This document shows positions 25,409 to 39,944 of a stretch of 64,000 nt of DNA, piece by piece. Below the pieces are notes generated by a model. The model searched no databases, was not told the DNA's origin, and saw only the letters and a program-made list of their open reading frames with translations. Position numbers and translations under genes: made by a program. How positions within the stretch are numbered: position 1 is the stretch's first letter; every line of letters begins with the position of its first letter. Source of the DNA: Eledone cirrhosa (lineage: Eukaryota); assembly GCA_964016885.1 (NCBI GenBank), contig OZ024754.1, positions 21,204,001 to 21,268,000 on the forward strand, in the 5' to 3' direction.

Positions 25409-27960
25409 TTCCCTGCTAGCAAGGTGTTGGACAGGTTTATATAGACCAAGTCAGTACTGAAGTGGTCCACTTTCCCCACTAGCAAGGGTTGGACAAGTCT
25501 ACATAGACCAAGTCAGTACTGAAGTGGTCCACTTTCCCTACTAGCAAGAGTTGAACAAGTCTACATAGACCAAGTCAGTACTGAAGTGGTCCACTTTCCC
25601 TACTAGCAAGAGTTGGACAAGTCTACATAGACCAAGTCAGTACTGAAGTGGTCCACTTTCCCTACTAGCAAGGGTTGGATAGGTTTATATAGACCAAGTC
25701 AGTACTGAAGTGGTCCACTTTCCCCACTAGCAAGGGTTGGACAAGTCTACATAGACCAAGTCAGTACTGAAGTGGTCCACTTTCCCTACTAGCAAGGGTT
25801 GGATAGGCTTATATAGACCAAGTCAGTACTGAAGTGGTCCACTTTCCCTACTAGCAAGAGTTGGACAAGTCTACATAGACCAAGTCAGTACTGAAGTGGT
25901 CCACTTTCCCTACTAGCAAGGGTTGGATAGGTTTATATAGACCAAGTCAGTACTGAAGTGGTCCACTTTCCCTACTAGCAAGAGTTGGACAAGTCTACAT
26001 AGACCAAGTCAGTACTGAAGTGGTCCACTTTCCCTACTAGCAAGAGTTGGACAAGTCTACATAGACCAAGTCAGTACTGAAGTGGTCCACTTTCCCTACT
26101 AGCAAGGTGTTGGACAGGTTTATATAGACCAAGTCAGTACTGAAGTGGTCCACTTTCCCTACTAGCAAGAGTTGGACAAGTCTACATAGACCAAGTCAGT
26201 ACTGAAGTGGTCCACTTTCCCTACTAGCAAGGTGTTGGACAGGTTTATATAGACCAAGTCAGTACTGAAGTGGTCCACTTTCCCCACTAGCAAGGGTTGG
26301 ACAAGTCTACATAGACCAAGTCAGTACTGAAGTGGTCCACTTTCCCTACTAGCAAGAGTTGGACAAGTCTACATAGACCAAGTCAGTACTGAAGTGGTCC
26401 ACTTTCCCTACTAGCAAGAGTTGGACAAGTCTACATAGACCAAGTCAGTACTGAAGTGGTCCACTTTCCCTACTAGCAAGGGTTGGATAGGTTTATATAG
26501 ACCAAGTCAGTACTGAAGTGGTCCACTTTCCCTACTAGCAAGAGTTGGACAAGTCTACATAGACCAAGTCAGTACTGAAGTGGTCCACTTTCCCTACTAG
26601 CAAGAGTTGGACAAGTCTACATAGACCAAGTCAGTACTGAAGTGGTCCACTTTCCCTACTAGCAAGGGTTGGACAGGTTTATATAGACCAAGTCAGTACT
26701 GAAGTGGTCCACTTTCCCTACTAGCAAGAGTTGGACAAGTCTACATAGACCAAGTCAGTACTGAAGTGGTCCACTTTCCCTACTAGCAAGGGTTGGATAG
26801 GCTTATATAGACCAAGTCAGTACTGAAGTGGTCCACTTTCCCTACTAGCAAGAGTTGGACAAGTCTACATAGACCAAGTCAGTACTGAAGTGGTCCACTT
26901 TCCCTACTAGCAAGGGTTGGACAAGTCTACATAGACCAAGTCAGTACTGAAGTGGTCCATTTTCCCTACTAGCAAGGGTTGGACAGGTTTATATAGACCA
27001 AGTCAGTACTGAAGTGGTCCACTTTCCCTACTAGCAAGAGTTGGACAAGTCTACATAGACCAAGTCAGTACTGAAGTGGTTCATTTTCCCTACTAGCAAG
27101 GGTTGGATAGGTTTATATAGACCAAGTCAGTACTGAAGTGGTCCACTTTCCCTACTAGCAAGAGTTGGACAAGTCTACATAGACCAAGTCAGTACTGAAG
27201 TGGTCCATTTTCCCTACTAGCAAGGGTTGGACAGGTTTATATAGACCAAGTCAGTACTGAAGTGGTCCACTTTCCCTACTAGCAAGAGTTGGACAAGTCT
27301 ATATAGACCAAGTCAGTACTGAAGTGGTCCACTTTCCCTACTAGCAAGGGTTGGACAAGTCTACATAGACCAAGTCAGTACTGAAGTGGTCCACTTTCCC
27401 TGCTAGCAAGGGTTGGACAAGTCTACATAGACCAAGTCAGTACTGAAGTGGTCCACTTCCCCTGCTAGCAAGGGTTGGACAGGTTTATATAGACCAAGTC
27501 AGTACTGAAGTGGTCCACTTTCCCTGCTAGCAAGGGTTGGACAGGTCTACTTAAACCCAATCAGTACTGAAGTGGTCCACTTTCCCTACTAGCAAGGGTT
27601 GGACAGGTCTACTTAAACCCAGTCAGTACTGAAGTGGTCCACTTTCCCTGCTAGCAAGGACAGGTCTATATTGATCAAGTCAGTGTTGAGGTAGTCCACT
27701 TTCCCTACTAGCAAGGGTTGGACAGGTCTATATTGATCAAGTCAGTGCTGAGGTAGTCCACTTTCCCTACTAGCAAGGGTTGGACAGGTCTACTTAAACC
27801 CAATCAGTACTGAAGTGGTCCACTTTCCCTGCTAGCAAGGGTTGGACAGGTCTATATTGATCAAGTCAGTGCTGAGGTATTCTACTTTCCCTATTAGCAA
27901 CGGTTGGACAGGTCTATATTGATCAAGTCAGTGCTGAGGTAGTCCACTTTCCCTGCTAGC
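25409..27960. repeat. 62-bp tandem satellite, ~41 copies
   Basis: Unit ggacaagtctacatagaccaagtcagtactgaagtggtccactttccctactagcaagagtt; acatagac at 25501, 25563, 25625. Confidence 0.97.
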
Positions 27961-28559
27961 ACGCTGTTCAGTCGTGTATTTTACATTACCTATTGAGTAC
28001 GCTGAGATGCAACCGGTCCTAGCATTGATACATATGCTGGGTCCGTCAACTTATTATTATATATATAGAGAGAGAGAGATAGGTAGATAGGGAGCTCATA
28101 GATAGATAGGACAACACACGGTTTTTTGTTGGGGTAAGTTTTTACTAATTTTCGTATTCTGAAAGACCAAAATACAACAAAATGTTTGCTCATTGGAAGC
28201 CGGGAATATTCTGACAAAAATATTCCATATATTCTTCAAGATTAATCTCTATTTAAAAATTTTACATTTTACGCTTACTTGTCAGCCATTGCAAAAGGCC
28301 ATAAATTCAAATTTTGAAAAGAGAGGAAAACGGAAAAGGGACAAGTGAACTATGAACTTGTACATCTCACTGCACCCCGCCACCACAATAACAATAACAA
28401 TAACGTCTACACTCGCTCCCCCACCACCACCACATAAGTCATTACCCTATCTAAGCTGGCTGACCTGTTGACTGTTGACAAACTGCTAACTCCTTTGTTG
28501 TATGTATATGTATATATACATATATGTATGTGTGTGTATATATGTATATATATATATTT

Positions 28560-29725
28560 CAACACAGCAACAACTACAGCAACAACAGCAACTACAACAA
28601 CAGCGACAGCAACAACACCATTGTCTGTGTTGAATGTGTGTGTATGTATGTATATATATATGTGTATGCATATATATATGTATGTGTATATATCACACAC
28701 GCAAAGTGAACAAATTTCAAAATTTCAACCTAGCGACTACAACTACAGCAACAATAACAGCAACAGCAACAGCACCATTGTCTGCAGCAGCAGCATCAGT
28801 GAAATGAACAACAACAACGGCAGCAGCAGCAGCAGCAACAACAACAACAGCAACAACAACAACAACAACAACTGCCACCACCATCACTGACACCATCCAC
28901 CACCACGACCATCACCATGCTGACACCATTCACCTCCTTCACCACCACCACCATCACTGGCACCATCCGCCACCACTGCCATCACCACCATCATTGACAC
29001 CATCCGCCACCTTCACCACCACAACTACTACCACCACCACCATCACTGACACCATCCACCACCTTCACCACCACCACTACTACCACCACCATCATCACTG
29101 ACACCATCCACCACCTTCACCACCACCACTACTACCACCTTCACCACCACCACTTCTACCACCATCACTGGCACCATCCACCACCACCATCGCCACCATC
29201 ACTGACATCATCCACCACCACCACCATCACCATCACTGACACTATCCACCATCACTGACACTATCCACCACCTTCAAGTCCACCACTACTACTACCACCA
29301 TCACTGACAACATCCATCACTTTCACCATCACTGACACCATCCACCACCACCATCACTGGCACCATCCACCACCACCATCACTGACACCAGACACCACCA
29401 TCATCACCACCATTCACCACCAACACCACCATCACTGACACCATCCACCACCACCACCATCGCCACCATCACTGTCACCATCCACCATCACCGCCATCAC
29501 CATCACTGACACCATCCACCACCACCACCACAACCACCATCACTGGCACCATCCACCAACACCACCACCATCACTGACACCATCCACCATCATCATCACC
29601 ACCATTCACCACCAGCACCACCATCACTGACACCATCCTCCACCACCACCGTCACCATCACTGACACCATCCACCATCACCGCCATCACCATCACTGACA
29701 CCATCCACCACTACCACCATCACTA
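28560..29725. repeat. Low-complexity CAA/CAG tract followed by CAC/CAT tract with recurring catcactgacaccatccac
   Basis: Direct reading. Confidence 0.93.
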
Positions 29726-30039
29726 GCGTAAAGCAAACAATTATTATTATTATTATATAAAAACTGAACTGGACTGGAAAAGTCAACAGTTGACATAATT
29801 TTGATTTTGTATCAGTACTGACGGTAATATATATATATATATGTGTGTGTGAGTGGTGTGTGTTTTTGTATGCATGAGTGTTGGTGTGTGATTGGCGTGT
29901 ATGTTTGTAATTTGTATGCATGACTGTTGGTGTGTGAGTGTGTGTATGTGCGTGTCGTGTCAATAAGTGGGTTTTTTTATGACCATGCTGTAAAATGGAG
30001 GGGTAGAGAGGGCCCTTGAGTCTAGTAAGAGATCCTCTC

Positions 30040-32453
30040 TAGTGCTGGTGGCACAAATAAAAGCAGCCAGTCCATGCTGTAAAGTGGCGCTCGTGTAAGG
30101 AAGGGCATCCAACCAGTGTATCAATGCCAAAACGCTTATCAGCACAGCAACAAATAGATAAGAACAACAACAAAATATGAAGACGTCGCATCTCAGAGTT
30201 GCAACACTTAATGTTGGCACTCTCAGAGGTAGATCTGCTGAAATAGCGGAGATGCTGGAGAGAAGCCAGATCGACTTCTTACTAGTTAGGCACCGCGATA
30301 GGCAGATAGTGTCTAATACCAAGGCATACCCTGGGGAAGAATGTACCCCACAGCATAGGTTGTCGTTAGTGATATCTCAGTAAGCAAGAGATGGAATGAG
30401 ACATACAGGAAGGTGTGGAGAAGAAAGGTCTGGAAGCTAAAAGACCTTTCAATAAAATACAAATTTAGGAAAGCCCTTCAAGATGTATATGACGAAAAAG
30501 AAGACGATTTAGAGACGTATGACATAGATAATAACTGGAATTTGTTACGTGACAACTTACTGCAGGCTACTGATGAAACTTGTGGCTGGAGCAGAGCTCC
30601 AGCCAGACAGAGAGTGAGCTGGTGGTGGAACAGCACAGTAGATAAGGCCAGAGACAAAAGACTAGCATGGAAGGCTTGGAAAAAGGGTGGGAGTAGGGAA
30701 GGATATACAGCCGCTAAGAGAGAAGCTAGACGTCAGGTGTACTTAATACGCAGGGAGGATGAGAGTAGGAGGTTTTCCAATGTTCTGCGACGGGATGATC
30801 AGAGGCGTGCGGTGTTCCACATTGCAAGGCAGTGTGTCAATGCAAATCAGGATGTTGTTGGAGATAAATGTGTCCGGAATGATGCCGGTGTACTTAGTGT
30901 CACGAATGATCAGAAAAAGGAGGCCTAGAAATCTCATTATGAGAGACTGATGAATGTGGAGAACGAATGGGAGAGAGAGAAATTACCCTCAGTAGATCCG
31001 ACAGAGGGACCAGCTATTGAGATTGACGAATATAGGGTCCAAGAGGCGATTAAGGAAATGCTCTGGTGAGGAGCAATTATAGGGGTATAAAACTGATGGA
31101 TCAGGTTATGAAAGTGGCAGAAAGGATATTAGCACAACTAATTAGAGAAAGGCTCAAACTAGATGAGATGCAGTTTGGTTTTGTGCCTGGGAAGAGTACA
31201 ACATATTCCCTCTTCTTGGTGAGACGATTACAAGAGAGGTTCTTAGAGAAAAATAAGCCACTATACTTAGCCTTTGTTGACCTAGAGAAGGCCTGTGATA
31301 GGGTACCCCGATCTGTCATCTGGTGATCCCTAAGGAAACTAGATGTTGAGGAATGGCTTGTGAGGACAGTGCAAACTGTGTACAGAGGTACTGTCAGTAA
31401 AGTTAGGGTAGGAATGGAGTTTAGTGAGGAATTCTAGATACAAGTAGGAGTACATCAAGGTTCGGTCCTCAGACAGCTCTTGGTCATTATAGTCCTCCAA
31501 ACCATAACAGAGGAGTTTAAGACTGGCTGTCCATTGGAACTTCTCTATGCTGACGATCTGGTTCTTATAGCAGAATCAGTAGAGGAGCTAGAGAATAAAT
31601 TCTGGCTATGGAAACAGCAGTTGGAAGCAAGAGGACTGAGAATGAACCTAGCTAAGACAAAAGTGTTGATGAGTAGAAAAGAGGACAAAACTCTGATTCC
31701 GTCAGGGAAATGGCCATGTTCGATATGCAGAAAAGGAGCTGGCATAAATTCTATAAAATGCACACAATGCAGATCCTGGGTACACAAGAGATGTAGCGGG
31801 ATAGCAGGCAAACTAACAGGTCGAGAGAAATACGTATGCAGTAGATGTACAGGGAAATTAGTCAGTAGAATTCGCATTGATAGACACATTTTTCAAATGC
31901 AGGCGGGTGCTATAGAAATGGTGGATAAACTGCTGACGAAAGAGGGTTTCTCCCTGCGTACGAAAGGCCGGTTATATGATGCCTGTGTGAGGAGCGCGAT
32001 GCTGCATGGTAGTGAGATATGGGCAGCAACTGCAGAGGATATGTGACGGCTGGAGAGAAACGAGGCAAGCATGCTTCGTTGGATGTGCAATGTCAATGTG
32101 CGTGAACGACCCAGCATGAATGTGTTGAGAGAGAAAGTGTGTCTGAGAGAAATAGAATGTAGTGTGCGAGAGAGGAGACTGAGGTGGTATGGACATGTGA
32201 TGCGCATGGAGGATGACCGATGGGTGAAGAAGTGCCAGGAAATGCCTGTTGAAGGAAGATGTGGTAGAGGTAGACCACGAAAAACATGGGCGGAGGTGGT
32301 GAGAACAGACCTCAGATCGCTGAAGCTCACGGTGGAGATGACGAAGGACCGTGAAAAGTGGAGAGATGCTGTGCTGAATAAGACCCGTCCCACCCTTGCA
32401 AGCAGGGAAGAGCGGACGTAAAATGTTGATGATGATGATGATGATGATGATGA
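30040..32453 (+). mobile_element. RTE-clade LINE family 2, internally deleted, with (GAT)n tail
   Basis: RVATLNVGTL start, NYRGIKLMD, DLEKACDRVPR, LLYADDLVL, Cys-rich WPCSIC...CTQC..WVHKRC, RRLRWYGHV, GRPRKTW, tail gatgatgat. Confidence 0.92.
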
Positions 32454-32564
32454 TATATATAGTAATAATAATAGTAATAATAATAAATTTGAAGACTAAA
32501 ATCCAAAGAGGGCTCGATACAGATAAATATATATCAAATATATAAGAACCGTAGAGCAAATATT

Positions 32565-34840
32565 TATTAAAATAACAGATTAAAGTTTAAGCAAAGAATC
32601 GCTGCTTTCACCCTTAACGGGATCTTCTGAAACTAAAAAAAATCAATCTGTGAACGCAGAAGCAAATATTTCGAAAAACGTTGCAACCGAAGGAAGACAG
32701 GAAGACGATACTTTGGTTTGTGGAGACGTTCCCTGGCAAAGAACGAAAAAACCGAAGATAATACGTCATTATTTGGAGCGGTGAAAACAATTAAACATCG
32801 GCCTTTTCCTTCTTTTCTCTATCAAGGAAGAATTCCCCAACGTGGGCGGTGGTTTGTACCGTGATAATGGTCTTTTGACCATGATAAAGTGCGGCCCACG
32901 CGCTTGCTACAGGTTCAGAAAAGAACTCACAACCTTCTTTAAAGGCTTCAACCTCTCCGTTAATTACCTCGACGTTACCCTCAATTTGTCGAATGGCTTG
33001 CACTTCCCGTATAGAAAGCCGAATGATACACTTAATTACATAAGTAAGCATTCTAACCATCCTGCCAGCATAACCAAGAACCTGGTAAGAAACGTTTCTT
33101 TGAAGCTTTCCCGTCTATCTACAAACGAGCATATTTTCACCGACCATTCCATATATTACAATGAAGCTCTTGCTCGGAGTGGATTTGTCGATAAGGTAGC
33201 ATATACCGAATATGAGCATAGACCTAGGAAAAATAGATCCCAACGCATTATATGATATAACCCACCGTATAATATGGAGGTGGCCACACCATTAGCTAAG
33301 ATCTTTCTCTCCCTTATTATGAAGCATTTCCCCCCAGCTCATAAATTTAATAACATTTTTAATAGAAATACCATTAAAATGTCTTACTCTATGACTCCTA
33401 ACCTTGCACATAACATCACTGCTTCAAATTTAGCTAAATTACCTAGCCGTAGGAACATGTGCAACCCTGTAGCTAGTACTAACTGTAATTGTAGGAATCG
33501 GATTGACTGCCCCTATCCGGGAAATGTCTCTCTAGTAACATTGTCTACAAATGTAAGGTTTAAACACCCATGTCCCGTAGGGCCTACATAAGGTTAACCG
33601 TCAATAGATTCAAGCAGCGTCTTTACATCCATACCCATTCTTTTCTTAACACTTTAAGAAGGAATATGGCGTCACTTTCAACTTATATCTGGAGTCTAAA
33701 AGACAACCACACCCAATATAGGTTACACTGGGAGATCCTAGCTGAGGCTAGATCGTATAAACGAAATAAAAGACCATGTGACCTCTGCACCGCTGAAGCC
33801 CTGGAAATACTCTACGCCAATGACCACATCTTAAACAAAAAATCTGAGGCAATTTCGGCTTGTAAACATAAATTGCACAACACTTTCCTGTATTACAGCC
33901 CCACATTATACCCTAACGGATAATACAAACTATACGCGGATAATTTACGTCTTGATGTGGTAGCTAAGTATATTTTATGTTTATACCATTACTTATTTGT
34001 ATAGGTAAGTATATATTACCTGTATGTTTTGTGAAGGTACGTATACTTTCTCGTACGTATATTTGCTTGTATATGTTATAGGCCTATATATTATATTATA
34101 TATACTGGTACATGTGTATATGGTTATGGGTATACGTGGTTTTAAGTTTGTATGTGTATGCGCGTTTGCACGTATGTAGAGTGTGTGTATATGTGTACTT
34201 TGTGTTTTGTTTGACGTACGTTTAGCGAACATATGTGTATTTACATGTAGGTATGTGTGTGCGCGTGTTGTATACGTATTTATGTGTGCATATTTATATA
34301 CGTTTATATAATTATATGTATACACGCACACACACACACACGCATATATATATATATATATATTTTTATATATGTTTTAAGTGTATTTGGTGTATACGTT
34401 CGTATATGTGCGGGTACAGGCGTTGCGTGGGTTTTTGTGTATGTACGTATATGGATGCACGCATGTATATATTTAATTATTGTTGATTCCAATAACATCT
34501 GTAATTTATTTACATTATTTTTAACTCTGAAGCCGAGAATCATTCGGTTTCCTAAATAGAATTTTAGTCTACGACTTCAGTTATACCATAAACGTGGTTT
34601 TCTCTTTGCATGTAATTGTTTTCACCGCTCCAAATAATGACGTATTATCTTCGTTTTTTTCGTTCTTTGCCAAGGAACGTCTCCACGAACCAAAGTATCG
34701 TCTTCCTGTCTTCCTTCGGTGTAACGTTTTTCGAAATATTTACTTCTGCGTTCACAGATTGATTTTTTTTTAGTTTCAGAAGATCCCATTAAGGGTGAAA
34801 GCAGCGATTCTTTGCTTAAACTTTAATCTGTTATTTTAAT
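32565..34840 (+). mobile_element. 5'-truncated Penelope-like element bracketed by ~230-bp inverted repeats
   Basis: GLYRDNGL (YRDD-like), NYLDVTLNL, YISKHSNHP, CNCRNRIDCP, YIRLTVNRFKQR, CDLCTAE; 32565-32793 is the reverse complement of 34613-34840. Confidence 0.9.
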
Positions 34841-34861
34841 ATATATATATATATATATATA

Positions 34862-35720
34862 TCACATCCACTGATATGGATTCTGAACACATGGACACGT
34901 TTAGGTCACATTAAGGTCAATTGCAGAACTCAGTGATAAGTTACAAAAAAGTTTGATGATCAATAACCTGGAAGTTAGCTTACCATGAGATTAGTCCAAA
35001 GAATAAAACCCAAATTGTATGTTGACGAATATTCGTACTTCTGGCATGTTAATTGTAACATACCATCTTTGAGAGTAGAGTTTATTTTGTCGATATTTCG
35101 AGGTGTCGGATCGTGGAAAGATTAACACGAATTAAGATGTAACTTCTCCCCCATTATTGACATTTTGCAACAGTGAACGTTACAAGGCCGTCTTTAGAGC
35201 CAACACTTTTGATTGTTTATCCGACTTATTATAGTGTGTTTTCTCGGGTTATGTCTATAGGGGGAAAACGGGGTGGTTTTATTGAATTTCTTCAGTCATT
35301 CGAAGAGCTTTACAAATGGTGATATACAGGGTGCTTGAACAGTACCTGAATATGTTCACTCGGTTATAATTTCTTCAATAATTTCGATGACTTCCTCAAT
35401 TATTCTGTGTTTGTTATTGAGCGCTAAGGCAGTAAGCTTTGCTATTCTTATACATAACTTTGTTGAATAATTTCGATATTCTCCGAGCTCAAACTTCCCC
35501 GGCTTATTCACTCTGAATGAAGAAAGCTGGATGGAAGGACTTATGACTTAAGCAGCTATTGATAGTTCCACACAAAAAATTGATCTGTCATAAACACACC
35601 TAGCAAAGGTTCTTATTGAAAATCCAATATGGGCACCCAGGGTCGCTAGCATTTTCAGGCACATTCTGGGAACTGCGAGTAACCCCACCTTTCCCAGGTA
35701 TTACCGGGTACTGCAGCTAT
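34862..35720 (+). mobile_element. Non-autonomous Helitron-like element, copy 1
   Basis: Starts TC after A in (TA)n; ends with hairpin cccaggtattaccggg then tactgcagCTAT; homologous to 56969-57593. Confidence 0.7.
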
Positions 35721-35922
35721 TTACTCTATATTTACTATTGTATTTTCCTGGTAAACACTTTATTTCACATAATTATCTCGCATAATATTGAATCAATGAG
35801 ATTTTGATATTTATTTTGAAAACAATCCCTTAACAGAAGTATGAGTAGTTATGGCCAGTTTGAACAAAAAGAGGTGAGAGAATTCTGGCCGGTTATAGCT
35901 GGTTTAAATGCTAAAGGGTTAA
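35721..35922. mobile_element. Partial piggyBac-type MITE
   Basis: Ends taaatgctaaagggTTAA; body matches 36861-37256 and ~41395-41583. Confidence 0.6.
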
Positions 35923-36420
35923 AAGTATTTATAAGTATTTAAAAGTATATATATCTTTTGGGGAGAGGAATAATCAATTTTATTGACTCCAGTACTTTAC
36001 TGGTACTATTTTTTGTAGACCACAAAAGGATAAAAGGCATGAAAGGATTTGAAATCAGAACATAAAGGGCGGTAACTAAATATCACAAAGATTTTTGTCC
36101 GATGCTCTAATTATTCTGCTAATGATGAGAAAGTTTGTTATAAAACTAAATGTTTTTAAATTTTTGATTATTTTCAAAAAGATTTGAAATTAAAGGCAGA
36201 GTTCATTAGAAATATGGTAATGAAATGGTTAAAGACATGAACAGTGTCTTTCATTAGAAATATAGTAGAAATATGGTAGCTTTTCCTTTCATCCTTACAA
36301 GGTCGATAAAATAAAGTACCAGTAACACATTGGAGTCAATTTAATCAACTTTCACCTCCCTTCCTCCAAAACTGTTGGCCTTGTGCCTAAATCAGAAACC
36401 ATTATTTAACTCTTAATTTA

Positions 36421-36755
36421 ACGCGGTGGATTGGCAGTATCGGTAGAGGGTTGGACGCCATGCTTTGACGCATAGAGTTACCTCCCTTGCCATTCTGAGT
36501 TCAAATCCCGCCGAGGTTAACTTTGCCTTTCATCCTCACGGGGTCGATGAAATAAAGTACCAGTAATGCACTGGTTAATTGCTGGCCTTGTGCCAAAAGT
36601 AGAAACAATTATTTAACTCTTAAATAATGGTTTCTGATTAAATAACTCCCGCCGAGGTTAACTTTGCCTTTCATCCTTACGGGATTGATAAAATAAAGTA
36701 CCAGTAATACACTGATATAATTGCTGGCCTTGTGCCAAAAGTAGAAACAATTATT
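36421..36755 (+). mobile_element. tRNA-derived SINE plus an adjacent truncated copy
   Basis: A box TGGCAGTATCGG, B box GTTCAAATCC, body ctttgcctttcatcct.cggggtcgataaaataaagtaccagt, tail gtagaaacaattatt. Partial copies at ~35975-36120(-), ~36280-36405(+), ~39350-39475(-), ~49590-49636(-). Confidence 0.85.
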
Positions 36756-36860
36756 TTACTATTAAAATCTTTGTAATGATTTAGCAGGAAATATCTAAAA
36801 AAACAAGTTTGTTGATACAAATCTGTTTAGTGATGAAGTCATATTGCTATTTTCTACTTC

Positions 36861-37256
36861 TTAACCCTTTAGCATTTACATTACTCTATATTTACTATTA
36901 TATGTTCATGGTAAAGGCTTTACCTCACATAATATCAAATCTATGAGATTTTGATATTAGGGTGGTCGATTGGCAGTATCGGTAGAGGGTCGGACGCCAT
37001 GCTTTCACGTATAGAGTTACGCCCCTTTATGATCTGAGTTCAAATCCCGCCGAGGTTAACTTTGCCTTTCATCCTTACGGGGTCGATAAAATAAAGTACC
37101 AGTAATGCACTGGGATAATTACTGGCCTTGTGCCAAAAGTAGAAACAATTATTTATTTTGAAAACAATACCTTGACATCAGTATAAATGGCTGGTTATAG
37201 CCGGTTTGAATAGAAAGAGGTAAGAGAATTCTGGCCAGTTTAAATGCTAAAGGGAT
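36861..37256. mobile_element. piggyBac-type MITE interrupted by a SINE
   Basis: TTAA-ccctttagcattta ... taaatgctaaaggg termini. Confidence 0.65.
36958..37153 (+). mobile_element. tRNA-derived SINE
   Basis: Same A/B boxes and body as the 36421 copy. Confidence 0.85.
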
Positions 37257-37798
37257 AATAATGTCTTGCTAATGTGGTTTTATGTGGTACAGGACGTTAA
37301 GAGTAAATTCAGTGAAAATATTTGTTAACATTGTAAGGGTGACAGACAGACATTACATACTGTAAACTATATTAATAAATACTTCTTTGTAGTTTGAAGT
37401 CTTTTTACTTGAAAACTGACACATTTTTGAAGATTTAATTAGTTTATATTAAATGTTACATCAACAGATTTATTCTCTAGATTCCATTCACATACACACA
37501 TTCATATATATACATACACATATACATACATATATACATACATACATAGTATTCACATAATTCACATTCATATATACATACATACATACATTAGAAACTG
37601 ACTTTCTCTCTATTAACAAAAATTTGTGAAATTATAAAACCAGAAGACATACATACATACAAACATACATACACACACACATACATACATACATACATAC
37701 ATACATACATACACATACACACACATACATACATACATACATACATACATACATACATACATACATACATACATACATACATACATACATACATAATA

Positions 37799-38756
37799 GA
37801 CTAGACATGAAAAATGCGCAAGCTCAAAAGTGCCACAGAATGTTATAATAAACCTTCAAAAGTGTGGGACTAGAGTTGTTGCTAAAAAATATTGTAATCA
37901 TTATATATCGTACATTCTGTGGCATCTTTTATAAAAATAGCTTAAACCAACGAAGCCTTTATTTTTACGCTATTTCACTTAGTTAATTCTTAGAGTGTAA
38001 CATATAAAAATATGATTTACAACTATAAAATAAATTAATTAATATAATAACAGAGCTGCGGAGCTGAAATTTAGGAAATAATGGAGTATCGGATCCTGAG
38101 TTGGAGCCAGTCAATTTTTGGCCGACTCTGCAGCCCTGTATAATACATTTCATATTAAAGTTATTAATAAACCTATTTTACACTTCATGCAAATTACCAT
38201 GAGATATTGATATTAGATATAAGATACAGCGCAATATCTACAGCTGTAAAAGTACGAAAGCGAAGTAATAATAAGTGGCTTAAGGTAATTCCAATATGAA
38301 AGTTTGTAGTGATAAAAATTTGATAATGCAATACGATTGTTAAAATTATAGTTCTATGAAAATGTAACAATAGATAACTAAATTATTTTACTATTAGTAT
38401 ATTTAAGAAATTATCATTATAGATTTGATCGTTCATATAAGCATCATATTAAGTTTCAACACAATTATTTTGTTACTATGAGTATATGATAATAATATTA
38501 CGTAATTATTTATAGCTGTTATTACATTAAACATAGATGTATTTATTTTTATATGTTACACTCTAAGAATTAACTAAGTGAAATAGCGTAAAAATAAAGG
38601 CTTCGTTGGTTTAAGCTATTTTTATAAAGGATGCCACAGAATGTACGATATATAATGATTACAATATTTTTTAGCAACAACTCTAGTCCCACACTTTTGA
38701 AGGTTTATTATAACATTCTGTGGCACTTTTGAGCTTGCGCATTTTTCATGTCTAGT
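37799..38756. repeat. Inverted repeat, ~210-bp arms with ~535-bp spacer
   Basis: actagacatgaaaaatgcgcaagctc...catataaaaa (37800-38010) is the near-exact reverse complement of 38546-38756. Confidence 0.92.
38051..38138. mobile_element. Tiny hAT-type MITE
   Basis: Imperfect TIRs cagagctgcggag / ctctgcagccctg; 8-bp flanks tataataa / tataatac. Confidence 0.55.
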
Positions 38757-39944
38757 TTAATATTTTTTTAAGGCAACGCTTGTAATAACTCTAGTTAAAC
38801 AGGATATATATTAATAATAAATTATCGTTGTAATGTAATTAGATTATGTAATTGTTATTCTAAATTATCTTATAAATATTAGTGTAAGATGTATAAAAAT
38901 ATTTTCAGACTTTTAATATAAACAACTACAAAAAACAATCAATATTAAATCAATATATTATACATAATAGAAAACATAAAATAAACAATACAAAAACAAA
39001 ATATTTACATACAATTGCAATTATCAGTGTATATACATTTTCTTTATATTCCCTGAGCAAATTAATAAGATTTGTTTTTATTGTACATAATTTGATGACT
39101 TGTTGGAGTGTATTAAAAGATAGCAACAATTTGTGATTAAATTGTTATCTTAAGCAACTCACTTTTTAATAGTTGTTGGCTGAGCGAAATTGTAAAAGCC
39201 TATGAGCAAATATAAAAAAAAATACACAAACAACATTTCCTTGTGTTATTACAACATTAGATAAAATAATTGAGCAATGTCGTTATATTTTGCTCTTATT
39301 GCACATTAATAGTGTTTCTATTTTTCGGCACAAATCCATTACGGCAGTCCATTACTGGTACTTTATTTTATCGAATTAGTAAGTATGAAAGTCGAAGTTA
39401 ACCTCGGCAGGATTTGAACTTAGAATGCAAAGGACCATAACAATACTGCAAAGCATGGTGTATGACGCTCTACCAAAACTTGTGTTGAGCTGGTCATTAA
39501 TTTATGGTGGTCGTGCGTGGAGTAGAGCAATCGCTAGTTGACATATTATGAACAAAACATTTTTATTTGCCGAAGAACATATTTTCAATACTGTTTGTGA
39601 ATGTGACGAAGGAAATACATTCTGATATGGAACAGTGTACAAAGTGTGTCTGTGAATAACATAATGTTACCTCATGTTGTTGTCAAGACATAATGGATTT
39701 CGTATATCCAGTTAGAAGATGAAACCTAGCCATCTCGGATTAGTTATATTTCATGCCATGTGTAAACGTGTTTGAGGATAGCAAAATATGCGTGTTTCTT
39801 GTCTGGAAACTTTCTGCTAAACTGATTGGTTTCGTTTTTGGCACTATACAATACTCATCCAACAGATAGCTGTATTGGATCCTTGATTGGTTAATATTTA
39901 GGTGAGGGTGCTTGATGCAGAGTTAGTGCAAAATGGATCAATGA

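Noticed and set aside
25409-27960. CRISPR-like array or hammerhead array
   Set aside because: No unique spacers or cas genes; the minus strand has GAAA plus a stem but CTGACTT instead of CTGANGA.
36421-37153. tRNA genes
   Set aside because: A/B boxes run into a shared SINE body and tail; no cloverleaf.
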